Part shown: positions 1-10,333 of the stretch, piece by piece
How positions within the stretch are numbered: position 1 is the stretch's first letter
How the letters are laid out: every line of letters begins with the position of its first letter
Position numbers and translations under genes: made by a program
Notes under the pieces: model-generated
Database searches by the model: none
What the model saw: only the letters and a program-made list of their open reading frames with translations
What the model was told of the DNA's origin: nothing
Virus genome (UHGV): UHGV-0267017
Direction: 5' to 3' (one strand)
Length of the DNA: 40,437 nt
DNA from: a virus

Positions 1-155
1 ACAATAGTCAGGCATGGACGCATTGCAGGCTGGGAAAACGGAAATATTTCTATGCCCTTTTATTTGAATAATACTGACATCATTGCTAATCCTTGCAGTG
101 CAGGCCGGTATGCGGGTTGTTTTTCTTTTTCTATAATATAACCATTTTATAGCAA

Positions 156-788
156 TTATAAGCTATGCCAATCCAAAGCGTAGACAGTATGTGTATCTGA
201 TGTAACGAATTTCAATCGGCCATCTGTATCCAGATATAACGCTCCTCCGTTGGACCCAGAATTATGAAATCCGTAACCAGCACGGGTAGAATTATTTTCT
301 TTCCACGGAGCTTCAGACACAAATTGCATGTTTAGATAAGCCCTATCATCTATGCCTGCATAAGTAATAACATACTGTTGACCAGTATATACGTTTTTTC
401 CATACCCGGCCTTACTTGATAAATTGGTATTGAGCACAGTATAAAGGTCCATCAATTTCTTGCCCTGGGCAGCCGATAAAGGAAGGTTGGCATTGTCAGT
501 TACACAGTTATTGACTATATCTCCAACAAATGAGACCAGCTTAAAACCGGCCTTAACATTGCGCATGAATTTTATCAGCGGCATCTTTGAAACAAAACTA
601 GCCAGGAGGGTTGTCTTGCCGGTTATGCCATCTACGGATCCAGAGGCATCAAACTCAGGTGCGTCAACACTATCACTTATTTCTTTCATGCCAGCATCTA
701 TAATGTCCATATTTTCATTGATAATCCCAACGGATATATATTCATTTCCTGCTGGCTTCTTGAGTTTTAGGTTGGTAGTCTCATTCAT
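156..788 (-). CDS. Phage tail fibre or receptor-binding protein (XkdV-like position)
   Basis: Last gene of the tail block, directly downstream of the DUF2313-like and baseplate-J-like genes. The 210-aa protein is Gly/Asn/Thr-rich as tail fibres usually are. The call rests mainly on position. Confidence 0.45.
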   Translation of the reverse strand: MNETTNLKLKKPAGNEYISVGIINENMDIIDAGMKEISDSVDAPEFDASGSVDGITGKTTLLASFVSKMPLIKFMRNVKAGFKLVSFVGDIVNNCVTDNANLPLSAAQGKKLMDLYTVLNTNLSSKAGYGKNVYTGQQYVITYAGIDDRAYLNMQFVSEAPWKENNSTRAGYGFHNSGSNGGALYLDTDGRLKFVTSDTHTVYALDWHSL

Positions 789-1326
789 TTAAATTCACCG
801 TCCTTATTTCATCCCAGGTGTATGCAGCTGCCTGGTTCCATGTTATCTTTGATACATCATTCCATGTATTATAGACGTACTCATATACCACGGCCAGATG
901 TGCCGGCTTTATTTCTTCAATTGTAATCTTGAGGTCAGACATGTTTCCTGGAATGCCAAGTGTGCCAACAAACTTAATTGTGAATTTTCCATTAGCATTG
1001 TCTTCAATGACCTCCACTTCTCCGTTTGAATACTGGCTGGCCGTATCAATAATCATCTGCTTAGTGGTTGTTCCGATTCCCGAAATCTTAGCCTTGATTC
1101 GTTCGCGCCGGAAGGTATCCGGCTTGGATATATCCACATCAATATCCAACAGTTGTTCATATCTGTTCAGCATATGGCTGGCCGTGTTAACAAAGCATTC
1201 TGCAATGATTGTACTCAGACTGACATCCATCATTTCTGTCACATCCGAAAGGATTGCCTGTAAGGTATTCATTGTAACATTCGAATCATAATAATCTGGC
1301 AGCAGTTTAACCAACTCCAAGTGCAT
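781..1326 (-). CDS. Tail or baseplate protein, DUF2313 / XkdU-like (Mu gp48-like)
   Basis: 181 aa, 8-nt overlap with the downstream gene, lies between the baseplate-J-like gene and the tail fibre. The size and position fit the PBSX XkdT-XkdU-XkdV order. Confidence 0.5.
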   Translation of the reverse strand: MHLELVKLLPDYYDSNVTMNTLQAILSDVTEMMDVSLSTIIAECFVNTASHMLNRYEQLLDIDVDISKPDTFRRERIKAKISGIGTTTKQMIIDTASQYSNGEVEVIEDNANGKFTIKFVGTLGIPGNMSDLKITIEEIKPAHLAVVYEYVYNTWNDVSKITWNQAAAYTWDEIRTVNLNE

Positions 1327-2335
1327 CCACCTCCGCTAATGTTATCATTCCGATAATCGGTATCTGTTTTTCACTTATCGTTACGTTTCCTGTCCCGGAA
1401 TTAAGCCTGAAATTGTCAAAATCCTCAACTCCTGGGATATCCAGAAGGAGGCTTCCCAGTTTCGCATAGCTCACACGATACGTTATAAATGTCATTTCCT
1501 TCAGGAATAATGTCAACTCTTCCTTAAATGCCGATTCAATCACTGAAATTGTCTTACTTCCATCCAAAACGACATTGGCTGATATATTAATAGGTAATGC
1601 TTCCGGACTGGATACCGTAACTGTAGCCCCGATTGGACGCACCGTTTCAATGTGCTTTAAAACTGTAGCAGGAAGTGAGGAAGAAATATTTTTGTCATCA
1701 TCTACTACCAGGACTGTCACAGTTCCGGGACCGTTATCCAACGGAAATACTTTTGCATCCCCCACACCGGCCACCTCCAGAGCCCACTGCCTATAATGAT
1801 AAGCATTACCTGATGTAGCCGGCCGTTTTATCTTTGCATATAGCCGTTCCCGAAAGGCGTCATCCGTTTCAGCATCCGTCCCCGGCGTATCAATTCCTCC
1901 AAGCGTCGCCGTGACATTAGATATATTGGATATGGGCTCCATATTTCCGCTGTATTGGTTTCCTGTTTCCCCTGGGGTCTCGCATGTGACTATATATTCA
2001 TTCTCGCTGCGCTTACCAGTAACATTATAAACAAGTCCATTAATCCCCCATCGAGTACCATTTTCAATCGCCGTTGATGTCGTCATTATTCGCACGGCCG
2101 CAGTTGCTTCTTTCCTGGTCAGTCCATAGGTTGCGGCCGCCCTATCAAGATAATCTCCTATCGCCGTGTCAGTAAATACCAAGTCAAAGAAATGTTCTAT
2201 TTGAAATTGCTGCTGTGCCAGGAAATACGCACACGGTGCCAACGCATCATATATGATACTTCCTTCACGTTTGTCCACTTCGTTGGTGACTTTATTCAGC
2301 ATCCCCTGCAATATTTCTTCGTATGTCGCGCTCAT
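1307..2335 (-). CDS. Baseplate J-like protein (XkdT-like)
   Basis: 342 aa with the size and position of baseplate J family proteins in PBSX-like contractile-tail modules. It is translationally coupled (overlapping) to its neighbours. Confidence 0.6.
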   Translation of the reverse strand: MSATYEEILQGMLNKVTNEVDKREGSIIYDALAPCAYFLAQQQFQIEHFFDLVFTDTAIGDYLDRAAATYGLTRKEATAAVRIMTTSTAIENGTRWGINGLVYNVTGKRSENEYIVTCETPGETGNQYSGNMEPISNISNVTATLGGIDTPGTDAETDDAFRERLYAKIKRPATSGNAYHYRQWALEVAGVGDAKVFPLDNGPGTVTVLVVDDDKNISSSLPATVLKHIETVRPIGATVTVSSPEALPINISANVVLDGSKTISVIESAFKEELTLFLKEMTFITYRVSYAKLGSLLLDIPGVEDFDNFRLNSGTGNVTISEKQIPIIGMITLAEVDALGVG

Positions 2336-2724
2336 ACTGACACCTCCTTCTCTATTTCCACGTCCCCATAAATACTGGATACATTAAAAGTGCACCGGCA
2401 TATATCTTCCTTAAACTCAAAATCAAATCCGTCCACCTCTAATATCCTGTCGTCCAGCAATAGCACTTCCTGAATCATCCGTTTCATCTCAGCGCGGACA
2501 TATGGACGCTCCTCTCCAATCAGTTCCTTCCACGCAATCCCATACTTAAAGCTGTAGACGGGGTATTCATATTGTTCTGTGGCAAGCACCTTATATATAG
2601 CCTGTTTCAGTGATTCCAGGCCATCCACAAAGCTTTCTATCTTCTCAGCAGAAAGTTTATACGTCCTATCATAAAAATTCTGTTCCTGGAGCACCAGTGA
2701 CGTTGTAAGTTCTGTCATACTCAA
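2332..2724 (-). CDS. Baseplate component, XkdS-like (DUF2634-like)
   Basis: 130 aa, overlaps both neighbours by 4 nt, position between the XkdR-like and baseplate-J-like genes. Confidence 0.45.
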   Translation of the reverse strand: MSMTELTTSLVLQEQNFYDRTYKLSAEKIESFVDGLESLKQAIYKVLATEQYEYPVYSFKYGIAWKELIGEERPYVRAEMKRMIQEVLLLDDRILEVDGFDFEFKEDICRCTFNVSSIYGDVEIEKEVSV

Positions 2725-2996
2725 CCTCCTATCTGATAAGGTTTCCCGATAATCTCCAGAACGTAGTATTCCCGACCACCATCATTACGCAAAAGCCGAA
2801 CCTTGTCCCCGGATACAAGCTTCCCTTTCATATTCCCGGAAACCATACTCATAGGCAGGGGGAGCGAACCGACCATGATTGACGTTCCGTTGTAAGTGCC
2901 AAGCAGTACGGATGTGGGCTTTCTGGCCTTCATATAATTGTCCACGATTGCCTTGATTGTGGATAAAAGCTCATGTGCTGTATTCTTATCACTCAT
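2721..2996 (-). CDS. Small baseplate protein, XkdR-like (DUF2577-like)
   Basis: 91 aa, ATGA/overlap coupling, position after the XkdQ-like gene. Confidence 0.4.
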   Translation of the reverse strand: MSDKNTAHELLSTIKAIVDNYMKARKPTSVLLGTYNGTSIMVGSLPLPMSMVSGNMKGKLVSGDKVRLLRNDGGREYYVLEIIGKPYQIGG

Positions 2997-3942
2997 CTGC
3001 CATCACCTCCGCGGACATGGTATGGATAGGAAGGAACTCATGGGTCACTTTCTTTACAATCAAACGGCGGTTCAGGCTGATATCCTCTATGCTGCCATAA
3101 ATACTGTTCCCAGCCCTCACCCGGAGGTCCCCCAGGCATTCCAATTTCAATGTTTCCTTCTCATGGTTATACAGTTTCAATAGGTTATTGGCACGCTCCT
3201 GGGCCTTCGCCGCGTTATCAATGCCAGATTGGGAAGATTCAAGATACTGTAACAGTCCATAACGATTGACTGATTCTTGGTCAACAGCTGTTCCAATATC
3301 AATCTGTCCGCTTGACTCGTTTTTCCAGACCACTTTAATACGGTTATAAAATTCATCATCTACGGATTTCTCCCAGCTGTATCCGGTGCATAAGCTCGCG
3401 TCTCCCAATACAAGCGGAGTTTGAAGATTGCGCATGTTCCATAAGCACACAGAACCATATTCATCCCTTAAGCAATACATCTCCTGTGTACCAAGTAACG
3501 TATCTGATATGGCCTGTACGATATGGTCAATCCATGTTTTTTCATAATCGGCAATGGCCGGAAGGACGTAGCCTGGCTCCTCCATGGTCCCCGGTTTTAG
3601 CGACAGGAAGGCGCACATATTCTGGGCCAGGTTCCTGAGCGTGCCGTTTTCCAGGACTACTATATCCTTGTGCTTTGCGTAGCGCAGCTGGTCATACGCT
3701 TTAACCTTAATAATACCGCTCTCATCGCCGGATACTTTAAAAGCCGTACCAAAAAAAATGCCATCATTCTGGTCATTATCTGTCAGACGGACAACATCAC
3801 CATTTTGCAGGGTAAGTCCATTTTTAATATACGATACCTCCAGACTGCTTGCGCCATCGTTGAGGACATCTGACCATGATATTTCTGTGCACAGGTCGGA
3901 TATGTCATATATGTAACCTTGTGTTTCAACCAATAGCTCCAT
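2989..3942 (-). CDS. Baseplate hub / late-control-D-like protein (XkdQ-like)
   Basis: 317 aa, immediately downstream of the LysM protein, matching the canonical XkdP-XkdQ order. Confidence 0.5.
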   Translation of the reverse strand: MELLVETQGYIYDISDLCTEISWSDVLNDGASSLEVSYIKNGLTLQNGDVVRLTDNDQNDGIFFGTAFKVSGDESGIIKVKAYDQLRYAKHKDIVVLENGTLRNLAQNMCAFLSLKPGTMEEPGYVLPAIADYEKTWIDHIVQAISDTLLGTQEMYCLRDEYGSVCLWNMRNLQTPLVLGDASLCTGYSWEKSVDDEFYNRIKVVWKNESSGQIDIGTAVDQESVNRYGLLQYLESSQSGIDNAAKAQERANNLLKLYNHEKETLKLECLGDLRVRAGNSIYGSIEDISLNRRLIVKKVTHEFLPIHTMSAEVMADE

Positions 3943-3950
3943 GTCGCCTC

Positions 3951-4613
3951 CTATGTCGGTATGCTCAACACTTGCCCCACACTTATAACATTGGGGTTTG
4001 CTATGCTATTAGCAGACGCAATTTTAGGATACTGTGCTCCGTTGCCATAGTATTTTTTTGCAATCCCCCAAAGCGTATCGCCTGATTGTACCGTATGTGT
4101 CTTATTATCGGTCACTGCCGGATTTACAGCCTCGCTATTGGTGGCTGTATCCTCTTGTTTAACCGTAGCTGTCGGGGTTTGGACCGCTATATAACGTTTA
4201 CTGGACCCTTTGTGTTCAATCAGGGTGAGCGATATATACTTATCCCCTTCTTCCCCTGCCTTTTCACGGCTTTCCACGCTCTTAACCAGCACCATCACGC
4301 TTATATCATCCGTGATATCATTCGATGCGATGAACCGGATGGGCTTTTTGTTCTTCTGGGCCTTACGGAACATCTTTTCATAGTAATCAGCATCGGCCCG
4401 CGCGCCTGGTTCCACATAGTGGTAATCCCGACTGGGGAACTCCGCCTCAAAACTGTATTCCTCCAGCTCACAATAGGATGGGACGGAGACCTGCCCTGTG
4501 CCAAGCACCTGGTAAGTCTCCACATTCAGGTTCCTTGTCCGTTTGATTTCCTCCGGATTGACCGGAAGCTTGTATTTCTTGCTTCCATATTTGAAATATA
4601 CTGAGTATGACAT
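3951..4613 (-). CDS. LysM-domain tail protein (XkdP-like)
   Basis: The C-terminal 45 aa ([46 protein letters not shown]) is a textbook LysM motif. The gene sits directly after the tape measure gene. Confidence 0.75.
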   Translation of the reverse strand: MSYSVYFKYGSKKYKLPVNPEEIKRTRNLNVETYQVLGTGQVSVPSYCELEEYSFEAEFPSRDYHYVEPGARADADYYEKMFRKAQKNKKPIRFIASNDITDDISVMVLVKSVESREKAGEEGDKYISLTLIEHKGSSKRYIAVQTPTATVKQEDTATNSEAVNPAVTDNKTHTVQSGDTLWGIAKKYYGNGAQYPKIASANSIANPNVISVGQVLSIPT

Positions 4614-6574
4614 TATGCAGGTACCCCCTCCGGAGCGGTTGCAATCACATCCTTAAGCTGCTCCACAACATGGCTCATGACCCCATCCGTATCCGCTTCC
4701 TTCGTGATTGGGCCGCTAAATTCTACCTTGATGTTCGGGGCAAGGGTGTTCTGTGCAATCCTTGCTACATAGTCACGCTCCGCCAGCTTGCGCATCCACT
4801 CAATATCTTCTTTATCGTCCTTTTCAACCTTCATGGCCCCGCCTTTCCCAGTTCCTTTTACAACGGCCGGATTTCCACCCGTGGCAAACTGGTCCCAGCC
4901 CTTGTCATTGCCGCCCAAGTCCGGTACGAAACCAGAAAGAAAATTAGAAGCTTTATTACCAAGTTCGGCCCCCTTTTTATATCCTTTCGCTGTCATAGTG
5001 GATACGTCCATAAGCTCAGGCTGCTTAATGTATTCTTTCCAGCCGCTTTCATCCTTGATGGATTCCATCTTGCTTTCAATGTTTATTTTAAATTCTTCAA
5101 GGCCAGATGTGATGTCTTTCGTAACTCCTGGTATTCTATTTATTACATTCTCAATTACCTTGGCCATGTTAATAACATAATCTATACAGGTCTTAGCCAT
5201 GTTGAGAAAAAGCATCTGGACGGCTACCTTTGGCTTAGTAAACACATTGCCGAGAAAATTTCCCAGCATTGCCAGCCCGTTCCATATTGGGAAAACGAAT
5301 ATGTTAAACAGATTGGCGGCCAGGAATCCAAACGCACCACCAATGAGTCCAGTTGCGCTGACAGAAGTTCCCGCAAAATGATTTATTGCCGCCACCCCTG
5401 CATAGAATGCCGCAATCAATAGGATGACCGCCCCAATAATCCAGGTAATGGGGCATGCCGCAAGTGCCGCGTTAAATCCCTCCTGGGCCCATATCAGCAT
5501 GAATATGGCTGCATACTCAGCCCAGTCAGCTGTTGCTTTCAATGCCATAGCCGTAACATTCTTCAACGTAGTCAGCCAGGCAATCCCCGCTGTCGCATTG
5601 TACACCAACCAAGCCCCGGCCAGCCCCAACACGATGGGCGCAAGAATGTCTAGATGGTCTCCTACCCATCCAATCCCATCCAAAAGGGCATCAAAACCGG
5701 CCGCAGCCATATAAACCAGCCCTGTTAGGTTCATAATTGCAGCCTGTCCCATATCGGAATTAAGCATGGCGTTAGCTTTTTCGAATACGTCTCCAAAGGC
5801 CTGCATCCCAGTGTTCTTTATCTTGGTCCAGACATCCGCAAACGTCATGGGCATCTGGGCGAACTTTCCGTTAATATCATCCGCCGCGTTAAACATTGCA
5901 TTCTTGATAATGTCAGCCGTAATAGCCCCGTCCGATGACAGTTCCTTTAACTCTCCTTTGGTAACGCCAAGATACTGCGATATCGCATTTGCTACCATCG
6001 GCGCATTTTCCATAATCGACCGGAACTCGTCTCCTTGAAGCTTACCTGCTGCCATTGCCTGTGTCAGCTGGAGGAAGGCCGAATCCTGTTCTCCCTGGCT
6101 GGCGCCTGATACCTTAAGGGATTTCTGTAAGAGTTCCGTAAATCCAAGAGCTTCCTCATTGCTTCCAAATGCATCGCCCGCCAGCATCTTCATTTTGGCT
6201 GTTGCGTTTGCCATCTCTACATAACTACCCCTTGACCGGTCAGCAGCAGCGAACACCGCCGCCTGTAAGGCCTTCTGCTCCTCTAGGCTTCCTGTAATCA
6301 TGGAAAGGCGCGCGCTGGTATTTGTATACGTATCCGTCAAATCCATGCCCTTCTTTGCGGCCGCCAGGCTCAACACGGTTCCGATTAGCTTAGTTAGTCC
6401 AGAATTGGCCCTGCTCGCTGCCACTCCAGTATTGCTTAACGATTGGTTATATACATCCGTTCCCCTACTTGCCTTCCTTACGGATTCCTCTGCCTTATTG
6501 GTACCTGTCACAATCTTATTAATCGTTGTGCTATAGCCATCGAATAACTTAAACATAGCACGTAACGTTGCCAT
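4613..6574 (-). CDS. Tail tape measure protein
   Basis: 653 aa, Ala/Gly-rich helical sequence with a central stretch of hydrophobic helices. It follows the tail chaperone gene. RBS GGAGGCGGGCAG precedes the ATG at 6574. Confidence 0.85.
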   Translation of the reverse strand: MATLRAMFKLFDGYSTTINKIVTGTNKAEESVRKASRGTDVYNQSLSNTGVAASRANSGLTKLIGTVLSLAAAKKGMDLTDTYTNTSARLSMITGSLEEQKALQAAVFAAADRSRGSYVEMANATAKMKMLAGDAFGSNEEALGFTELLQKSLKVSGASQGEQDSAFLQLTQAMAAGKLQGDEFRSIMENAPMVANAISQYLGVTKGELKELSSDGAITADIIKNAMFNAADDINGKFAQMPMTFADVWTKIKNTGMQAFGDVFEKANAMLNSDMGQAAIMNLTGLVYMAAAGFDALLDGIGWVGDHLDILAPIVLGLAGAWLVYNATAGIAWLTTLKNVTAMALKATADWAEYAAIFMLIWAQEGFNAALAACPITWIIGAVILLIAAFYAGVAAINHFAGTSVSATGLIGGAFGFLAANLFNIFVFPIWNGLAMLGNFLGNVFTKPKVAVQMLFLNMAKTCIDYVINMAKVIENVINRIPGVTKDITSGLEEFKINIESKMESIKDESGWKEYIKQPELMDVSTMTAKGYKKGAELGNKASNFLSGFVPDLGGNDKGWDQFATGGNPAVVKGTGKGGAMKVEKDDKEDIEWMRKLAERDYVARIAQNTLAPNIKVEFSGPITKEADTDGVMSHVVEQLKDVIATAPEGVPA

Positions 6575-6586
6575 CTGCCCGCCTCC

Positions 6587-6766
6587 TTACATCTTCATTT
6601 TTGCGGCCTGTCTCTTTTCTTCCTTAACTCTCAAATCAATACTGGCATAGACTAGTGCACGCTCCCGCCGGCTCATAGACTCCAGAGCCGATGGGAGTAA
6701 ATGGAGCTTTTGCAGGGCAAAGTGAGAATAGTTAAGTTCTGCATCGCCCTGCTCTATCAGTTTTTT
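6587..6766 (-). CDS. -1 frameshift extension of the tail assembly chaperone (G/GT-type)
   Basis: The chaperone ORF ends ...GCA AAA AAC TGA. A AAA AAC is a canonical X XXY YYZ slippery heptamer (about 6760-6766). The -1 frame stays open for 59 codons (KKLIEQGDAELNYSHFALQKLHLLPSALESMSRRERALVYASIDLRVKEEKRQAAKMKM*). It stops 12 nt before the tape measure ATG. Confidence 0.55.
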   Translation of the reverse strand, partial: KKLIEQGDAELNYSHFALQKLHLLPSALESMSRRERALVYASIDLRVKEEKRQAAKMKM

Positions 6767-7158
6767 GCTTCTTCAATTTCGTCATTGATATCTTTATCAA
6801 GTCCAGACAGCTCCTGTACTTCCTGCATGAGCTCGGCATACTCACCGATATACAGCATTTTGGTTAATAACTTTGCCTCGCCGATTACACCGTACGCTTT
6901 TTGCAGCTCATCACTTTTTAAGTCTGGCTCAACTACGGCTGCCGCAACTAATTCCTGATTATATGCTACCCTGTCAAAGTATTCGACACCCTTTTTATCC
7001 TTTTTTGTGTGCTTGCGTATAATCTGTTCGTTCTCATCCTGGCCAATTGGTCGAATGACAAACGGAACTGTTTTCCCGTTTTCCTGGAATCGGTCAGACA
7101 CACATACTTTCCTGTTTTCTGCCTTTATAGGATTTAAGAATGCTTTTAAACTGCTCAT
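6757..7158 (-). CDS. Tail assembly chaperone (XkdN-like)
   Basis: 133-aa acidic protein between the tail tube and tape measure genes. It ends at a slippery heptamer. Confidence 0.6.
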   Translation of the reverse strand: MSSLKAFLNPIKAENRKVCVSDRFQENGKTVPFVIRPIGQDENEQIIRKHTKKDKKGVEYFDRVAYNQELVAAAVVEPDLKSDELQKAYGVIGEAKLLTKMLYIGEYAELMQEVQELSGLDKDINDEIEEAKN

Positions 7159-7205
7159 ATTTCATTACCCCTTTCGTCAAAAAAAGAGAGGTCAACTCCC
7201 CTCTC

Positions 7206-7682
7206 TTACCTCATATTTTCTGGAAGCACGTAACTCTCCAGCTCGTCAACATCATCAAATGTAAAATCGGAATCCGTTGTGTTTAAATCCTCGCTTCCAT
7301 CCTCCAGATATGCAATCGGGACTTTCGCCAGAATGCAATTACGCATCACTACAGTACGCCTGCCTATTGTACTTCCCGTATCCTCGTTTGTGGTCTGGAT
7401 ACTAATCTGGGGCGTCTTTCCTTCTTTGATGTACTGCTGGTAGATTGCCAGGGCCGCCGGGCTAACATTGTACATTGTTACAGTACCCTTTCCCTCGGCT
7501 CCGACAACTTTATGCTGCTTCATTCTGTGACCGAGAAGCTTCTTTGCAATCACCGTAAATTCAATGTTTGCTTCGATTTTGGACAGTTCAAAAAAATATC
7601 TATTCTGTCCATCGGTGGTTATGTATGCACTGCCTTCGCTGCCAGTCACCAGGTCGTTAATTTTTGTATAATTTCCTGCCAT
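7206..7682 (-). CDS. Tail tube protein (XkdM-like)
   Basis: 158 aa, directly downstream of the sheath gene. The N-terminus (MAGNYTKINDLVTGSEGSAYITTDGQNRYFFELSKIEANIEF) is typical of contractile-tail tube proteins. Confidence 0.65.
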   Translation of the reverse strand: MAGNYTKINDLVTGSEGSAYITTDGQNRYFFELSKIEANIEFTVIAKKLLGHRMKQHKVVGAEGKGTVTMYNVSPAALAIYQQYIKEGKTPQISIQTTNEDTGSTIGRRTVVMRNCILAKVPIAYLEDGSEDLNTTDSDFTFDDVDELESYVLPENMR

Positions 7683-7693
7683 TGTGCGCCTCC

Positions 7694-8743
7694 TTATGAA
7701 AGATTAACTGTTATATAGATTTTCTCAACACTGTCAACAGGCTGTATGGCGGCAGTCACAAGGACTGCGTCCGAATCTGTTCCGGCCGTAATTACTACAT
7801 CATTCGTTTCAAAGTTCTGGATGGCCCCCATGTTCTGGAGCGTGTTAAAATAATCTACCAACGCCGCCTTAAGAAGTGCCCGCCCATCATCGTTGTTGTT
7901 TACCTTTCCCACATAGTTACTTTCAAAAATAGTAGTGATGTCATTTGCAATATTGTCAAGGGTACGGATGACCCTGTTCTTCGTGAACATTTTCCCCTTC
8001 TCCACCGTGACCGTGGTGAGGGAATTGATGTCATATACCGCTGTTACGTTCTGCGCACTGTCAGCCTTGAATATGAACTTCCCCGCCTTAATTGCTGTCT
8101 CCATCTCGGTTTTTGTCATCCTGGGGCTGACATCAATCGCCCCAACATAAGTCATTCCCGTATTTGAAGTGGTAATACTTGCCCCGGCAGTTGCACCCGC
8201 CACCCATGCGGTAGTCTCTGCTGCCGTCAATGTTGTGCTGTCAGACATCACGACTCCCTGCGAGACATTTATAATTCCCTCGCTATCCGCTACATGATTG
8301 GCGAGGACGGCCTGGCATTTAACCCCCTCATCGTCCCTCATAGCCTTAATCCAGGCCGCAATCGCTGTCTTGTTGGCGCTTGCTGTTTCCGGCGTTGTAT
8401 CATAAGGATAACACAGGGTGTTAAACTGCACCGTTTTTAATTTCGTAAGCGCTGCATTAACCGCATCTGTATTATGTGTTTCCGGCAACTTGTAAATCAA
8501 TACCGTCTTAGCCTTTTTCAGCGCTTCTGTAGCCAGCTTCTTATCCTCTGCTGTTGCTTTCTCTGGATATGCCTGCTCTGTAGCGGTGATGGTATACATC
8601 TGTCCATCCTCTCCTACCGTCATTTCCTGTAGAATAACTACGGTTCCCCTATCTCCCGGGGTAATGGACAACGGCTCATTTGTCCGGATATTAATATAGG
8701 CTCCGGGCAACACCTTGTTCTGGGATTCCCATGTACCTGCCAT
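7694..8743 (-). CDS. Tail sheath protein (XkdK-like)
   Basis: 349 aa. The N-terminal motif (...NKVLPGAYINI...) is characteristic of phage sheath proteins. It is followed by the tube gene. Confidence 0.7.
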   Translation of the reverse strand: MAGTWESQNKVLPGAYINIRTNEPLSITPGDRGTVVILQEMTVGEDGQMYTITATEQAYPEKATAEDKKLATEALKKAKTVLIYKLPETHNTDAVNAALTKLKTVQFNTLCYPYDTTPETASANKTAIAAWIKAMRDDEGVKCQAVLANHVADSEGIINVSQGVVMSDSTTLTAAETTAWVAGATAGASITTSNTGMTYVGAIDVSPRMTKTEMETAIKAGKFIFKADSAQNVTAVYDINSLTTVTVEKGKMFTKNRVIRTLDNIANDITTIFESNYVGKVNNNDDGRALLKAALVDYFNTLQNMGAIQNFETNDVVITAGTDSDAVLVTAAIQPVDSVEKIYITVNLS

Positions 8744-8746
8744 AGG

Positions 8747-9154
8747 TTATACCTCCTTCATGTCTGTGTTCTGGGAAAGGGTCTGCATGGTTTGGGCATC
8801 TGTACTGAGGTATTCCCGGTAATCCACGTCAAACATGAAATGCAGTACCTTGTCCGTGATTTTCAAGTTCCTATTCTTTATTTTAAAATCGTTTATCCTT
8901 AGCTCCCGTAGAAGCTCCTGCCCAACCTCCCAGCATTCCCCGTTGGCTTCCTGCGTGGATTCCGGGAAGTAAGATACATCCACACGCACTGTGTTCTTCA
9001 GGCGGCCACTGATGCCCCTGGACGGGTTCTGGTCATAGAAAGATATGAAAAAGGACGGCTGCTTAAAATTCTGCGGCACGTCCTCCACATACACCCGGCA
9101 GGCTTTCACAGCATTTAGCCCGGATGCAATATTCTTATACAGTTTAGCTATCAT
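8747..9154 (-). CDS. Tail completion / head-tail joining protein (hypothetical)
   Basis: 135 aa between the gp10-like and sheath genes. Confidence 0.35.
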   Translation of the reverse strand: MIAKLYKNIASGLNAVKACRVYVEDVPQNFKQPSFFISFYDQNPSRGISGRLKNTVRVDVSYFPESTQEANGECWEVGQELLRELRINDFKIKNRNLKITDKVLHFMFDVDYREYLSTDAQTMQTLSQNTDMKEV

Positions 9155-9644
9155 GCCGTTTCTGCACCTCCCTTACTTCTTTTTCAAACAGGACTGACAT
9201 ACGCTTTTCCACATATCCCTGCGTCTTTTCCAGAACACGCGTGCCAGGTACAAAACCTTTGGTTGGGCCGCCTTTCTTCGTCACGATACGATACCCATCG
9301 TTCCAATAAGAGGCGTAATCAGCAGTATTGATAAGCTCTGCTTCAATCCCGTCTCCGGTCCGTTTCGTAGGGAGCTTGTGCCAGTTCTTCCGTAAAAAGC
9401 CACCGACTCCCGGGTTGGACACAGTGAAGCTGACCTCTTTCCCGACTTTGGGACCGTTCTTAACAGTAAAGGTCACAGGGTTCGGATGGTCTCCTGTCGG
9501 GGTCTTCCTCTTCGCGAATGCCACCCCCTCATTCACCGCCTTGTTCAGCACCTTCCTGTCAATTTCCCGGATATCCCCCAGCATTGCCAGTAACTCTTTG
9601 CGGAATTCTGCAAATGCCTTTGCGTTGTCACCTTGATTACTCAT
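9144..9644 (-). CDS. HK97 gp10-like head-tail protein
   Basis: 166 aa, called from its position in the connector gene string. Confidence 0.4.
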   Translation of the reverse strand: MSNQGDNAKAFAEFRKELLAMLGDIREIDRKVLNKAVNEGVAFAKRKTPTGDHPNPVTFTVKNGPKVGKEVSFTVSNPGVGGFLRKNWHKLPTKRTGDGIEAELINTADYASYWNDGYRIVTKKGGPTKGFVPGTRVLEKTQGYVEKRMSVLFEKEVREVQKRHDS

Positions 9645-9976
9645 GCATCATCATCTCTCTTTATCTCACACTGCCATTGGTACGTGTATGGATGGCATTC
9701 GCCCAGTGATACCTCGATTGTTTTTCCGGTTCTTAGCGTTATTACAATCCTGTCCCCTTCTCGTATATCCTCTTCCAGTCCACAAAATAACTTATGGCTG
9801 TTCTGGATAGACGGGGCGGGTGAATCTGTGGCAACCTGGCCGGATGAACTGTAACGGCACGGCCTTCCAGTTGATATTTTCACAGTTTTCTGCTTTGTGA
9901 ACCCGCCGACCTCAGCCTCTTGCCACCTGTACACGTCCATTGTGGCGTCGTACATTGCCTCATACGGGTTATACAT
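9641..9976 (-). CDS. Head closure / head-tail adaptor protein
   Basis: 111 aa, 4-nt overlap with the downstream gene, connector region. Confidence 0.4.
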   Translation of the reverse strand: MYNPYEAMYDATMDVYRWQEAEVGGFTKQKTVKISTGRPCRYSSSGQVATDSPAPSIQNSHKLFCGLEEDIREGDRIVITLRTGKTIEVSLGECHPYTYQWQCEIKRDDDA

Positions 9977-10322
9977 ATCCTCTCAACCTCCTGTGCCTAC
10001 GCAGGCCCTTCTTATCGCTCTCTGTTAGGCTGTAAATGCTTGCCTTGGTATTGCCGTCCGTCTGGGACCAGGTGATACTTCCGTCACCTTCCTTTATGCT
10101 TGCGACCTCAGGACGGTATCCCGTCCCATTGGCCGCCTCATAATCAATGATATCCTTGGCTTTCTTGCGAATAACTGGTTCCAGGATGTCAGGAATGTTC
10201 TTCTGGCCAAGATTGCAATAATCACAGACCAAAAGAATGACATCAGAAATGAGAATATCCCGTGTATCATCCTTAATGCCCAGATTGTTCTTAACTGCAA
10301 TTTCCATTTCCGATATTGTCAT
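9969..10322 (-). CDS. Head-tail connector (gp6-like DNA-packaging protein)
   Basis: 117 aa, immediately after the major capsid gene. Confidence 0.45.
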   Translation of the reverse strand: MTISEMEIAVKNNLGIKDDTRDILISDVILLVCDYCNLGQKNIPDILEPVIRKKAKDIIDYEAANGTGYRPEVASIKEGDGSITWSQTDGNTKASIYSLTESDKKGLRRHRRLRGYV

Positions 10323-10333
10323 TCCATTTGCTC

